The notes under the pieces: model-generated | The model's database searches: none | What the model saw: the letters and a program-made list of their open reading frames with translations, nothing else | Told to the model about the DNA's origin: nothing | Assembly: GCA_027018875.1 (NCBI GenBank) | Contig: JALUYA010000007.1 | Coordinates: 23,607 to 87,606, forward strand | Source of the DNA: Gammaproteobacteria bacterium | Lineage (GTDB): Bacteria; Pseudomonadota; Gammaproteobacteria; JAKDMP01 | DNA length: 64,000 nucleotides | Direction of reading: 5' to 3' | Position numbers and translations under genes: made by a program | Shown here: positions 20,435-29,724 of the stretch, one piece after another | Layout of the letters: every line of letters begins with the position of its first letter | Position numbering within the stretch: position 1 is the first letter of the stretch

Positions 20435-20508
20435 TACCCGGGAAAATATGCCGTCTTTAGCAGCGAGGTCCTACCGTAGCAGCGAGGTCCTACCGTTTTC
20501 CCGGGTAA
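20435..20508. repeat. Perfect 13-bp inverted repeat (TTACCCGGGAAAA / TTTTCCCGGGTAA) enclosing a tandem duplication of a 19-mer TAGCAGCGAGGTCCTACCG (20458-20476 and 20477-20495)
   Basis: Read directly. Lies 60 bp downstream of the kup stop. Confidence 0.7.
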
Positions 20509-20684
20509 TACATAGAAAATTGGAGAGCAATTGAGTGTGTGGAACAGATGAATCCAGAATTGGCGCTACGGTTTGAAGATTTGCCGCTTGCGGGTACCCG
20601 CCTGGGACCGCGGCGTGAGTTGACGCCGGCGGCTTCCGTGCGGGATCATGTCCGTACTTGAACGCTTGAAGGGAGAAGAAAGGT

Positions 20685-21362
20685 ATGAGCAGTACCAAGG
20701 GAACGGTTGTTCGCGCAGCATTGTGCTGCTTGCTGGGACTTGTGGTAGTTTATCCGGCCTTTGCCCAGGGCGCAGGACCAAGAAAGCAGTGGTATTTCGA
20801 CTTGAATGGGGGGCAAAGCAGTCTGACCCAGGGCCATGCGATCGGAAATTCTATCCAGGCCGCTGTGGGGCAGTTTGGCCCTTACCAGAGCACGAACAAC
20901 GTTACCGCTTCCGGGCGCGGGATCAGCGTAGGTTATTCCTACAATCCCTACTACGCGGTTGAATTGGGGTACGTCACGTTCGGTTCGGCAAGCGGGACGG
21001 CATATTCCACGGCCACGCCGGCCAATGCCCTGAGTTACCAACTCAAGGGCAAGGGCATGGTGTTGAATCTGATTGGAACCTATCCGATCACATCGATCGT
21101 GGGCGTGTTCGGCAAGCTTGGCGCGATTCGCTACCATGTTCGTTACGATTGCCATGGCGGCGGAGCGTTTACTTGCGTTCCCCCCGACAGCACGAGCGAT
21201 GGCGGGCTGGGTTCCTTGTGGGGGGTCGGGGTGAGTCTGCGCATCGTCCATCACTTCGGCCTGCGGCTCGGCTGGACCCAGTACCGCGACATCGGCAATC
21301 GTGAAACTGGAGGAAACGGCTATATCAACTATACCTACCTGAGCGCCATCATTCGCTTCTGA
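20685..21362 (+). CDS. Outer-membrane beta-barrel protein (OmpA-like/OmpW-like 8-strand barrel family)
   Basis: Signal peptide (LLGLVVVYPAFAQG), alternating amphipathic strands, C-terminal aromatic ...IIRF terminus typical of OMPs. Confidence 0.7.
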   Translation: MSSTKGTVVRAALCCLLGLVVVYPAFAQGAGPRKQWYFDLNGGQSSLTQGHAIGNSIQAAVGQFGPYQSTNNVTASGRGISVGYSYNPYYAVELGYVTFGSASGTAYSTATPANALSYQLKGKGMVLNLIGTYPITSIVGVFGKLGAIRYHVRYDCHGGGAFTCVPPDSTSDGGLGSLWGVGVSLRIVHHFGLRLGWTQYRDIGNRETGGNGYINYTYLSAIIRF

Positions 21363-21380
21363 GAAACCAAGGAACGCCGC

Positions 21381-21410
21381 AAACAGGGGGCTTTATCCAG
21401 ACCCCTGTTT
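21381..21410 (+). terminator. Stem-loop (9-bp stem AAACAGGGG/CCCCTGTTT, 12-nt loop) 19 bp after the OMP stop. No U-tract follows, so it is an intrinsic-terminator-like hairpin only.
   Basis: Read directly. Confidence 0.3.
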
Positions 21411-21958
21411 ACGGCAGGATCGCTTCAGCCGCAAGCGGCCTGTATCGCCGGGCAGGGCGGCCAGGGCGGATACGCAGGTTACGGCGGGTGCCCGATAGTC
21501 GATCCGGAGGTGGAATGAGCCGAGGATATGCCGATGAACCTTCTCCGGCCGGGGATCCAGCCAGAGCATGACCGCATCGTCCTGTCGCGGGTGCGCAAGG
21601 TGGGTCTTTTACCGGGGATAGGTTCCCCGCTACCGGACTCGGTAAGCTCAGGCAATGGATTGTGTCGGCGGTTTTGGCCAGGTGGCAGCTATTGGCCGCC
21701 GACCCGGAAACAGGCACCGAACATTTGCTCCACCTGGCGAAATCCGTTTTCACCGCTACCCGGGAGGTTGCTTCCCCTGGGAACCTGCCGGGCTTAGGCG
21801 ACCGTAGCAAGCACGGTAGGGGAGCGAATCAAAATATTTCTGATTTTTAGGCCCGAAGTGGGCCCGGGAAGCAAAAAATCGGAAATATGATGGCCACTAT
21901 CCCCCCACCGCGGTAGATTGTTCCTGATCCAACAGGCTTCTAGTCATGGGCCTACAGA

Positions 21959-21972
21959 TTAGGTTAACCTAA
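21959..21972. promoter_or_regulatory. Perfect 14-bp palindrome TTAGGTTAACCTAA 37 bp upstream of the skp-like start. Candidate operator.
   Basis: Read directly. Confidence 0.3.
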
Positions 21973-22008
21973 TCAATTGTGTGGTTTAAGGCAAGTACAG
22001 AGGAGACT

Positions 22009-22530
22009 ATGCGTAAATTTGTTTTCGTTTTGGCCGTCGCGATACTGATGGCTGCGCCTGCCGCCCTGGCAGCCGGTGAAAAAATTGGTGTTGTTAATCC
22101 GGGTGCCGTGTTGGAGGCCAGTGCAGCGGGAAAAACGGCCATGAAACAGCTCAAGGCCTTTGGGCGGCAACAGCGCCAGGCTCTCAAAAAAGCCCAAAAA
22201 CTTTTGAAGACAGAGCAGGAGACACTGAAGAAAAATATCGGAATAGAAACCAAGGCGGTGCAGGAGCGGGCCATCAAGCGATTCCAGAAGCATGTTCAAG
22301 CCTTTCAGGAGCGGTATCAAAAGAGCCAGGAAGCCTTTGCTAAAAAGCGCCAGGCCTTGTTGCAGCCCCTGCAGGCTAAACTCTATGATGCTATTCGCAG
22401 CTACGCCAAACGCCATGGGTATGTGTTGATCTTGAACAAACAGGCAGCCATTTATAACGCCTCTGCCGTAGATTTGACCCAGCCGATTTTGCGGGCTTTT
22501 GAGGCGGGTGCGGGTAAAGGCAAGAAGTAA
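22009..22530 (+). CDS. OmpH/Skp-family periplasmic chaperone (stand-alone paralogue, not in a bamA-lpxD context)
   Basis: Signal peptide then a Lys/Gln-rich coiled-coil tentacle region. 173 aa. RBS AGGAGA 3 bp before ATG 22009. Confidence 0.75.
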   Translation: MRKFVFVLAVAILMAAPAALAAGEKIGVVNPGAVLEASAAGKTAMKQLKAFGRQQRQALKKAQKLLKTEQETLKKNIGIETKAVQERAIKRFQKHVQAFQERYQKSQEAFAKKRQALLQPLQAKLYDAIRSYAKRHGYVLILNKQAAIYNASAVDLTQPILRAFEAGAGKGKK

Positions 22531-22540
22531 GACCCGTATC

Positions 22541-23320
22541 GTGGCCGGATCGCGCCTCTTGGGGAGATACCTGGGGGCGCTGAGCATCTTGGCCCTGCCG
22601 GGCTTGTTGCTCCCGCTCAGTGCCGCTGCCGCCTTGCCGCGGGGGGTCGCAACGGCCTTGAAGCGGATGGATCGCGGGCAGGCGGATTTGGCTCGGGCCT
22701 GGAGTTACCGCAAACTTCTGGTGACCTCCAAGGGCAGCGAGACGCTTACTTATGATCCGCGGCGCGCCCCAGGAAAGCGCTGGCGGATCGCGCAGGTCAA
22801 CGGCAAGCCTCCCGGGGCCGCCGAACGCAAGCGGCTTGTCCGGCAAGCCGAGACGGCGGCCAAGGCGGGCCGGGCGGCAGGTCTTGTTCTGGCACCGGGC
22901 TGGTTACGCCGCAGCCGCTATCGGCTGGTGGAGCAGACCCCCCGGCGGTTGGTTTATCGCATTATCCCCCAGGTCGGCACTCGCGGGAAGATAATGACCC
23001 GCAACTTGTTGCGGCATCTATCGGGACGCCTGGTAATTACCCGGGTCGGTTATTGGCCGGTGGAATTGGTGCTTGGCAACTCGGTGCCTTTTTCACCCCG
23101 TTTCGGGGTGCGGGTAACGGGGGTTAGCTTCAAGATACACTTCGTCCGCCTGGCTCCGGCCGGGCCCGTGGTCATGGCGAAAACGAGCATCGAGGTGCAG
23201 GGTAAGGTGTTCTGGGTAAAATCCTTTGCTGCCGGAACTCGGGTCGCACTGAGTGATTTTCGCCCGGTTGCCCCTGTCGTTGCCGCGCCGCCGGCCGCCA
23301 CCGGCCACGGCACGAGTTAG
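22541..23320 (+). CDS. Hypothetical secreted protein (signal peptide; Arg-rich). Start placed at GTG 22541 just after the skp-like stop.
   Basis: Long ORF with a credible signal peptide (LGALSILALPGLLLPLSAAAA). No family recognised. Confidence 0.5.
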   Translation: MAGSRLLGRYLGALSILALPGLLLPLSAAAALPRGVATALKRMDRGQADLARAWSYRKLLVTSKGSETLTYDPRRAPGKRWRIAQVNGKPPGAAERKRLVRQAETAAKAGRAAGLVLAPGWLRRSRYRLVEQTPRRLVYRIIPQVGTRGKIMTRNLLRHLSGRLVITRVGYWPVELVLGNSVPFSPRFGVRVTGVSFKIHFVRLAPAGPVVMAKTSIEVQGKVFWVKSFAAGTRVALSDFRPVAPVVAAPPAATGHGTS

Positions 23321-23559
23321 TTGGTATGGCGTAGGGTTCAAATTCAAGATTCACCTTAAACCGGCCGTTACTGCGGCGCTTGATCCAAAAATCGTATTGG
23401 CATATCCGGCGCCAGGGCGGATGCCGGGGAGGGTTCAGGCCATGCCAAGGTTTGCGGCACATCCAGAGCGCCGGGATTTTTGATCCGGGCCGGGCGAATA
23501 GGGGTGGTTCTCATTATTGCACTGGCGCATTGTTGGCGCCGCCTGGGCGAATCATGTCC

Positions 23560-24545
23560 GGATCTATGACTTTGTCAGCGACGCTACTGGCGATGGTCGC
23601 CGGCTCAAGTGCCTGTGAAGGTGTGTGCCGAGTTCATGCGCCGCGGCATTCACATCGAGGTGCTCGCTCGGTGCGCCCGATGTAAAGCGCGCGCTGGAGG
23701 CCCTGAGCTACGCGGGGCTCGATGAGAAGAGCTTCGGGCGCGGCGGCCACCACTACGTCTCGGTGCTGCACGACATCAGCGGGCGGCGAGTGATCGAGGC
23801 GGTCCCGGGGCGCACCCGCAAAGGCGCCGATACGCCACGGGCGACGCTTGCCGAGGCGCACGGGCGTCGCTCGCGGCGGTGGCAATGAACATGTTGGAGC
23901 CCTATATGGGCGCCACGCGCGGGGCCGCCCCCGAGGCGGAGATCGGGCACGACAAGTTCCACTGTGCCAAGGAGCTGAATAAAGCGGTGGATCGGGTGTG
24001 TCGGGGCGAGCACCGGGCTCTGGAGGTCCAAGGGCGCGAGATGCTCACCCGCACGAAGTGCCTGTGGCCTGAAGAGCCCCGAGCGCTGGACGAAGCGCCA
24101 GCGCGAGCATCTCCCCTCAAGCTCAACAGCCTAAAGTGGGGCCCTGCCTGGGCGATCAAGGAGGCGTTTGCCGCCTTCTGGGGCTATCGCTATGCCGCCT
24201 CGGCACGCAAGTTCTTCGAGCGCTGGGACTCCTGGGCCACCCACTCGCGCCTGCCCCCGATCATCGCCGCCGCCAAGACCCTCAAACGCCACCTGCCGGG
24301 GCTACTCGCCTATGTTAAACACCGCATCACTAACGCCACCGCGGAGGGCACGAACGGGACCATCCAACTGCTCAAGGCCAACGCCCGCGGCTACCACCGC
24401 TTCGCCCAGTATCGCACCGCCATCCTCTTCCATTGCGGCAAGCTCGATCTTTACCCCGCAGGCTGCGCATCATGACTCCTCGGCAACCGACCCACACGAA
24501 AGTCGGAATAGCCATTGACTGGTGCAGTGAGCATGGGCTTGACAA
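23560..24545 (+). mobile_element. Remnant of an ISL3-like insertion sequence (5'-truncated; the transposase C-terminal two-thirds only, with a frameshift)
   Basis: Two adjacent ORFs in different frames (23625..23888, 23879..24475) together reproduce the central and C-terminal parts of ISL3-family transposases. The N-terminal zinc-finger third is missing. Confidence 0.6.
23625..24475 (+). pseudogene. ISL3-family transposase, truncated and frameshifted near 23880
   Basis: GLDEKSFGRGGHHYVSVLHDISGRRVIEAVPGR, then KWGPAWAIKEAFAAFW, WATHSRLPPI, ITNATAEGTNGTIQLLKANARGYHRF, AILFHCGKLDLYP (recalled DDE_Tnp_ISL3 signature). Confidence 0.7.
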
Positions 24546-24548
24546 CTC

Positions 24549-25073
24549 TTATAACGCCTTGATCAGCATGTGTACGAGCTTGCCATCGGCTTTCTGGGTG
24601 CCTACGGGTCTAAATCCCAGGCTTTCGTGAAATCGCAGTGAGATGTCGTTGCGAGGTTTGAGGTTGACTTCGCAGGCGAGGATGGGTTTATTGGACTTGC
24701 GGGCCCAGTCGGCAAAGGTTTGATACAAATTTTTTCCTAATCCTCGGCGGGTGTATTCCGGGTCGATTACTACCCGGTCGATGTAGGCAAAGCGGGGGTA
24801 ACGGTCGCCGAAGAACCGATAGTTGGCGCTGTTGTAATCGGCATTTTCCACGAGCCCCAAAAGAAACCCTACCGGATCTTGTCCGGCCAGTACGATACGA
24901 GTCCAGGATGATATGACAAACAATTTTTCCAGTGCGGTTTTTGTCAGGGAGTTAACAGCGGGTTTGGCGGTATTGTTGAGTCGTAGCAAGATGTCGATCC
25001 ATTCGGAGCGGTACCGGAGGAAGGAGATTTTCTTGCTATCGGAGAGGGTGGCTCTTATCCGGACCTTATCCAT
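24549..25073 (-). CDS. GNAT-family N-acetyltransferase (its start overlaps the typA stop; co-transcribed)
   Basis: Acetyl-CoA binding region RRGLGKNLYQ and the GNAT fold pattern. 174 aa. Confidence 0.75.
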   Translation of the reverse strand: MDKVRIRATLSDSKKISFLRYRSEWIDILLRLNNTAKPAVNSLTKTALEKLFVISSWTRIVLAGQDPVGFLLGLVENADYNSANYRFFGDRYPRFAYIDRVVIDPEYTRRGLGKNLYQTFADWARKSNKPILACEVNLKPRNDISLRFHESLGFRPVGTQKADGKLVHMLIKAL

Positions 25074-26880
25074 GGCGTTTGGCGCGGCGGCGCATGCCTT
25101 CGGAAAGTATTTTTTTTCGCATCCGAATGTGATGTGGGGTTACTTCCACCAGTTCATCATCGTCGATGAATTCCAGGGCTTGTTCCAGAGTTAACCGGAT
25201 GGGTGGGGTCAGGACGATGTTTTCGTCCGTGCCGGCGGCACGAATGTTGGTCAACTGTTTGGCCTTGAGCGGATTGACGACCAGGTCATTCTCGCGCGAA
25301 TGGATGCCAATGATTATGCCTTCATAGACTTCTTCCCCCGCTCCGGTGAACAGGCGCCCGCGCCCCTGCAAGTTAAACAGGGCATAGGCCAGGGTCTTGC
25401 CGGTACCCTTGGCAATCAGCACCCCGTTGGTGCGTCGGCCGTATGTGCCGCGCTTGAGCGGGCCGTAATGGTCGAAGACGTTATAGAGCAGCCCCGTTCC
25501 CTGAGTGGCAGTCAGGAATTCGGTGCGGAATCCGATCAGGCCGCGAGCGGGAATGATGTAGTCGAGGCGTACCCGGCCCTTACTGTCGGGCACCATGTCC
25601 TTGAGGTTGCCGCCCCGTTCACCGAGTTTTTGCATCACGCTGCCTTGATGAATTGTTTCTATATCGACCGTGAGTTGTTCGTACGGCTCCTGTTGCTCTC
25701 CATCTATCTCCCGGATGATGACTTCGGGGCGGGATACACCGAGTTCATATCCTTCGCGGCGCATGTTTTCAATCAGTATCGATAGGTGTAATTCGCCGCG
25801 CCCCGAGACCTTGAACTTGTCGGGATCATCGGTTTCCTGGACCCGCAAGGCAACGTTATGTATCAGCTCGCGCTGGAGGCGCTCACGAATCTGACGACTG
25901 GTGACGTATTTGCCGTCGCGACCGGCGAAGGGCGAGGTGTTGACCTGGAAGGTCATGCTGATGGTGGGTTTGTCCACACTGAGCGGGGGTAGGGCCTCAA
26001 CCTGTGCCGGATCGCATAGCGTATCGGAGATGTTGAGCGGGGAAAGCCCGGTAAAGGCGATGATATCCCCTGCACTGGCTTCCGGCACGTCCACCCGTTC
26101 CAGCCCTTGAAACTCGAGAACCTGCAATACCCGCCCCGAACGGTGTTTGCCCTCATGATCCACCACGGTAACGTTCATGTTGGCTCGGATCCGGCCACGG
26201 CGAATGCGCCCGATACCGATTACGCCGACATAGCTTGAATAGTCCAGCGAGCTGACTTGTAATTGCAACGGGCCATCCAGATCCACAACGGGAGCGGCTA
26301 CGCGGTTGACGATCAGTTCGAACAGGGGGGTCATGTCGCCTTCGCGTACCTTCGGGGTGGTGCCGGCATAGCCGTAAAGCGCCGAGGTGTAGAGGATGGG
26401 AAAATCCAGTTGCGCATCGGTTGCGCCAAGGCGATCGAACAGGTCGAAGGTCTGGTTTAGCACCCAGTTCGGGCGGGCACTGGGGCGATCAATCTTGTTG
26501 ATTACCACGATGGGGCACAGTCCCTGCGCCAGGGCTTTTCGGGTTACGAACTGGGTCTGCGGCATGGGACCGTCAACGGCGTCCACCAACAGTAGCACCG
26601 AGTCGACCATCGATAGCACGCGCTCGACTTCACCGCCGAAGTCGGCATGGCCGGGGGTATCGACAATATTGATGTGGTAACCGTTCCAGTCGATCGCGGT
26701 GTTTTTGGCCAGGATGGTGATGCCGCGCTCCTTTTCCAGGTCCTCGGAGTCCATGACTCGCTCGATCGGCTCGCTCCGGGTGTTCAGGGTGCCGGATTGT
26801 TGTAGCAGCTTGTCGACCAGTGTGGTCTTGCCATGATCGACATGGGCGATAATGGCGATATTACGAATTTTTGAGTTCAT
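25066..26880 (-). CDS. typA: Translational GTPase TypA/BipA
   Basis: [33 protein letters not shown]. 604 aa. Confidence 0.95.
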   Translation of the reverse strand: MNSKIRNIAIIAHVDHGKTTLVDKLLQQSGTLNTRSEPIERVMDSEDLEKERGITILAKNTAIDWNGYHINIVDTPGHADFGGEVERVLSMVDSVLLLVDAVDGPMPQTQFVTRKALAQGLCPIVVINKIDRPSARPNWVLNQTFDLFDRLGATDAQLDFPILYTSALYGYAGTTPKVREGDMTPLFELIVNRVAAPVVDLDGPLQLQVSSLDYSSYVGVIGIGRIRRGRIRANMNVTVVDHEGKHRSGRVLQVLEFQGLERVDVPEASAGDIIAFTGLSPLNISDTLCDPAQVEALPPLSVDKPTISMTFQVNTSPFAGRDGKYVTSRQIRERLQRELIHNVALRVQETDDPDKFKVSGRGELHLSILIENMRREGYELGVSRPEVIIREIDGEQQEPYEQLTVDIETIHQGSVMQKLGERGGNLKDMVPDSKGRVRLDYIIPARGLIGFRTEFLTATQGTGLLYNVFDHYGPLKRGTYGRRTNGVLIAKGTGKTLAYALFNLQGRGRLFTGAGEEVYEGIIIGIHSRENDLVVNPLKAKQLTNIRAAGTDENIVLTPPIRLTLEQALEFIDDDELVEVTPHHIRMRKKILSEGMRRRAKRHG

Positions 26881-27020
26881 ACAGGTATGACTAATCTCCG
26901 AGGAACGGTAAGCCGAGGGGGGCAGCGGATTTTACTGAAAATTCCCGTACCACTTTTTATCGCGGGTTTGCCGGGGCTTGGGCAATTGAATTTTGAACCA
27001 ATAAGACGCTATTTTACAGG

Positions 27021-27635
27021 ATGAGCTTTTTCACGTTGGCGATTCATGAGGCGACACCGTATCTTGAGCGCTATGGTTATTTTGCTATTTTCGTGGCGAT
27101 CTTTCTAGAAGGCGTGGGGATTCCGGCACCCGGTGTGACGCTGTTGGTGGCGGGCGCATTGGTTGCGGGACGCGGTGAGATGTCCTTGCCGCTGGTACTG
27201 GGTACTGCTTTGGGCGCCGCGATTCTGGGGTTCAATTCGGGCTATTGGTTGGGTTCGATCGGGGGGCAGGCAGTCTTGCGGCGCCTGCCGTTTGTGAATC
27301 GGGCGCATGTCGAGAAGCTGCATCGGCTCTTTATGCGTTGGGGTGTCTTGTTGGTGCTGGTGGCCCCCTTTATCGACGGACTGCGCCAGATCAACGGCTA
27401 TGCCGCGGGAATCGGGGAAATGTCGTGGCCGCGGTTTGCCCTGACCAATCTGCTGGGGGTTTGTGCCTGGGTCGGGGTGTGGGGTGGGCTGGCCTATGAA
27501 GCCAGTACCCATGTCGTCACTCTTTATCGCTTGTTGCGGGTTGGTGATCCTCGGTGGTATTTGGCCGCGGGGCTGGTGGTTCTTGTCGTATTGGCGTATC
27601 TGTTCTGGAACCGGCGCCGCAAGGAGGTCAAATGA
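27021..27635 (+). CDS. DedA-family (SNARE-associated/TVP38) inner-membrane protein
   Basis: YGYFAIFVAIFLEGVGIPAPG signature of DedA proteins. 204 aa. Confidence 0.8.
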   Translation: MSFFTLAIHEATPYLERYGYFAIFVAIFLEGVGIPAPGVTLLVAGALVAGRGEMSLPLVLGTALGAAILGFNSGYWLGSIGGQAVLRRLPFVNRAHVEKLHRLFMRWGVLLVLVAPFIDGLRQINGYAAGIGEMSWPRFALTNLLGVCAWVGVWGGLAYEASTHVVTLYRLLRVGDPRWYLAAGLVVLVVLAYLFWNRRRKEVK

Positions 27636-28684
27636 GGCTCTTGGTCTCCCGGGATGATCGTCTGGGGGACTTTATGCTTGCGTGGCCGGCCTTGCAGCTA
27701 ATCCATCGTAACCTGCCTGAGGCGAGCCTTAGCGTGTTGGCCGGGGCCGGTGCCGCGGCGTTGGCCCCCCTGTGCCCGGGGTTGAACCAGGTGATCACGG
27801 TGCCACGGGATGGCGGGGAACTGGCCCGCGCGCGGCGGTTGGCCGGGCATTTGCGTCCCTACCGGTTTAGCGCCGCCCTGGCGCTGTTTTCCCGCTTCGA
27901 CCTGGCCTTGGGCTTGGCGCTTGCCCGAATCCCCTTGCGGTTGGCGCCGGCAACCAAGGCGGCGCAGGTTTTCTACACCCACCGGCTGCGGCAGCATCGT
28001 TCCCGTTCCGAGAGGCCGGAGTATGTCTATAATCTGGAGCTTGCCGAGCACTTTCTGGCCCTGCTCGGGGTGCGTGATCCGGTACGTCCCGAGCCACCTT
28101 TTCTCCGCTTTGACTCCGCCGTGGTGAGCCGTTCCCGCCTGGATCTGGCCGCTCGGCTGGGCTTCGACGAGCAGCTTCCCGTGGCGATGCTGCACCCCGG
28201 GCATGGCGGCTCCGCACCGCGCCCCCCAGTGGCGTTGTTCGTTGAGATTGCCCGGGAACTTGCGGCTGAGCGGGCCGTCGTGCTGATCTCGGAAGGCCCC
28301 GCGGATACCGCCGCGGTTGCGGAGTTGGACCAGGCGCTCGGCGGCGTGGCACACAAGGTGTTCCGATCCGTTTCGGGTTTGATCGATTACGCCAGGTGTC
28401 TCGCGCCCGTGGATCTGTTTATCAGTGGCTCCACCGGACCTTTGCATATCGCCGGGGCGTTGGATGTGCCTACCGTTGCCTTTTATCCTCGCCGCCGTTC
28501 GGCTACGGCACTGCGTTGGCAAACCTTGAACCGGCCCGAGCGTCGGCTTGTGTTTATGCCTCCCGCCGAGGCACCGGAGAACGCCTTTGATGCCCTGGAT
28601 GCCGGGCAAGTTGCGAGGCGGATCAGGGGGTTTTTTCGGGCGGTCCGGGATCATTCCGCCGCAGCCACAGGTCCGCGTACTTGA
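27632..28684 (+). CDS. Glycosyltransferase family 9 (LPS heptosyltransferase-like). Start at ATG 27632 (ATGA overlap with dedA; RBS AAGGAGG).
   Basis: MRLLVSRDDRLGDFMLAWPAL N-terminus and a C-terminal FISGSTGPLHIAGALDVPTVAFY region typical of GT9. Confidence 0.8.
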   Translation: MRLLVSRDDRLGDFMLAWPALQLIHRNLPEASLSVLAGAGAAALAPLCPGLNQVITVPRDGGELARARRLAGHLRPYRFSAALALFSRFDLALGLALARIPLRLAPATKAAQVFYTHRLRQHRSRSERPEYVYNLELAEHFLALLGVRDPVRPEPPFLRFDSAVVSRSRLDLAARLGFDEQLPVAMLHPGHGGSAPRPPVALFVEIARELAAERAVVLISEGPADTAAVAELDQALGGVAHKVFRSVSGLIDYARCLAPVDLFISGSTGPLHIAGALDVPTVAFYPRRRSATALRWQTLNRPERRLVFMPPAEAPENAFDALDAGQVARRIRGFFRAVRDHSAAATGPRT

Positions 28685-29402
28685 CGAAGGTCGAATGGGC
28701 CGAAAGCAGGGCGAGAAGGAGACCGGCGCGTCCATCCAGAAACCCCGTCTTGAGCAGGTAGATGCGCAGGAAACATCCCAAACCGTGGCCGAGTCCGGCG
28801 GCCAGCGAGGCTTTGTCGCCGTTGCGATCGCGCATCTCCGCCCAGGCCGAGGCGTAACGGGCGGACTTGACCAGGTAATCGTTCAGATCGCGATAGGTAT
28901 GATGATATAGCGGTGATTTAAGTTGCCGGACCCGAACCTGCGGATCGAGCACGACTTTTTCATGTACCAAGGCGTCGTCATAGCGGCCCCGTTCGCGGTG
29001 ATAAAGCCGTACTACGGGATCGGGCCACCAGCCCCCATGGTTCAAATAGCGCCCGAAGGCCCAGGTGCGGCGGGGCAGAGTGTAGGCTAGGTGGGGGTGA
29101 TTTTCGTTGACTGCAGCCCGAATTTCTTCGGCCAGGGCCGTGCTGATCCGTTCGTCGGAGTCGATCATCAGGATCCATTCGTATCGGGCCTCGGCCTGGG
29201 CGCGGCGGCGTTGGATTCCGAAACCCCGCCAGTCGGGGGCATGGACCACCCGGGCACCATGCGCCTGGGCAATCCCGATGCTGGCATCGTGGCTGCCGCC
29301 GTCATAGACTAGAATCTCATCGGCGAAGCCGAGTGAGTCCAGGCAGGCTCCGAGTCTGTCCGCCGCGTTGTGGGCGATGACGACGGCCGAGAGTTGGGGC
29401 AT
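28623..29402 (-). CDS. Glycosyltransferase family 2 (LPS core WaaE/KdtX-like). Start placed at MPQLSAVVIAHN.
   Basis: LSAVVIAHNAADRL, DGGSHD, IDSDE (DxD-type) motifs. Convergent 3' overlap with the GT9 gene. Confidence 0.75.
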   Translation of the reverse strand: MPQLSAVVIAHNAADRLGACLDSLGFADEILVYDGGSHDASIGIAQAHGARVVHAPDWRGFGIQRRRAQAEARYEWILMIDSDERISTALAEEIRAAVNENHPHLAYTLPRRTWAFGRYLNHGGWWPDPVVRLYHRERGRYDDALVHEKVVLDPQVRVRQLKSPLYHHTYRDLNDYLVKSARYASAWAEMRDRNGDKASLAAGLGHGLGCFLRIYLLKTGFLDGRAGLLLALLSAHSTFVKYADLWLRRNDPGPPEKTP

Positions 29403-29454
29403 GTGGTACCAGGTAACTGCGGTACCATATATTGTAAGTACCTTGATGTAGCTG

Positions 29455-29724
29455 GTGCGTTTCCAGATGTTCCAACGTATTGTCGGAATGATTGTTACCA
29501 TGGTTGGGGTAATCCTTGCGCTCATCGTCGGATTCTGGGCGCTCCTGCTGCTGGCGTTGTTTGCCCTGCTTACCTTTAGCATCTACCTGGTGCGAGGACG
29601 CATAAGAACGGGCCGCCGAAGGTCTGCAGAGGATGTGATCGAGGGGGAGTATGAGGTCGTGAACAATAACGATAATGACCCATCCGGGCGTAGGCGCCAC
29701 AAGGATGAGAAACCGCCTCGATGA
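29455..29724 (+). CDS. Possible small membrane protein (one or two TM helices, basic tail), immediately upstream of dusA with a 4-nt overlap
   Basis: ORF with a strongly hydrophobic core (IVGMIVTMVGVILALIVGFWALLLLALFALLTF). No homology recognised. Confidence 0.35.
   Translation: MRFQMFQRIVGMIVTMVGVILALIVGFWALLLLALFALLTFSIYLVRGRIRTGRRRSAEDVIEGEYEVVNNNDNDPSGRRRHKDEKPPR

Noticed and set aside
20458-20495. CRISPR array
   Set aside because: Only two directly abutting copies of a 19-mer with no spacers, and no cas genes anywhere in the window.
21409-21810. ORFs 21409..21810 (-) and 21528..21797 (+) in the 645-bp gap
   Set aside because: Mutually overlapping Pro/Arg/Gly-rich translations typical of random GC-rich frames. 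No start context and no recognisable domain.
21421-21840. RNase P RNA, tmRNA or 6S RNA in the long gap, suggested by GGGCAGGG and GGUAAG fragments
   Set aside because: Universal RNase P motifs (GGAAAGUCCGG, AGGGUGAAA.GGUGCGGUAAGAGCGCACC) and the tmRNA tag-reading-frame/tRNA-like ends were looked for on both strands and not found.
23321-23420. tRNA gene as IS target (GGTTCAAATTCAAG resembles a T-loop)
   Set aside because: No complementary T-stem, acceptor stem or anticodon arm could be assembled around it.
25300-25785. ORF 25300..25785 (+) and other 60-160 aa ORFs antisense to typA, mrcA, mfd, fadD, kup and the sulfotransferase
   Set aside because: Shadow ORFs on the opposite strand of well-supported long genes. 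Translations are low-complexity (Arg/Pro/Gly/Ala-rich).
29404-29427. Inverted repeat TGGTACC-N10-GGTACCA in the 52-bp GT2/small-ORF divergent spacer
   Set aside because: GGTACC is self-palindromic, so the repeat is largely trivial. Kept only as a note on a possible operator.
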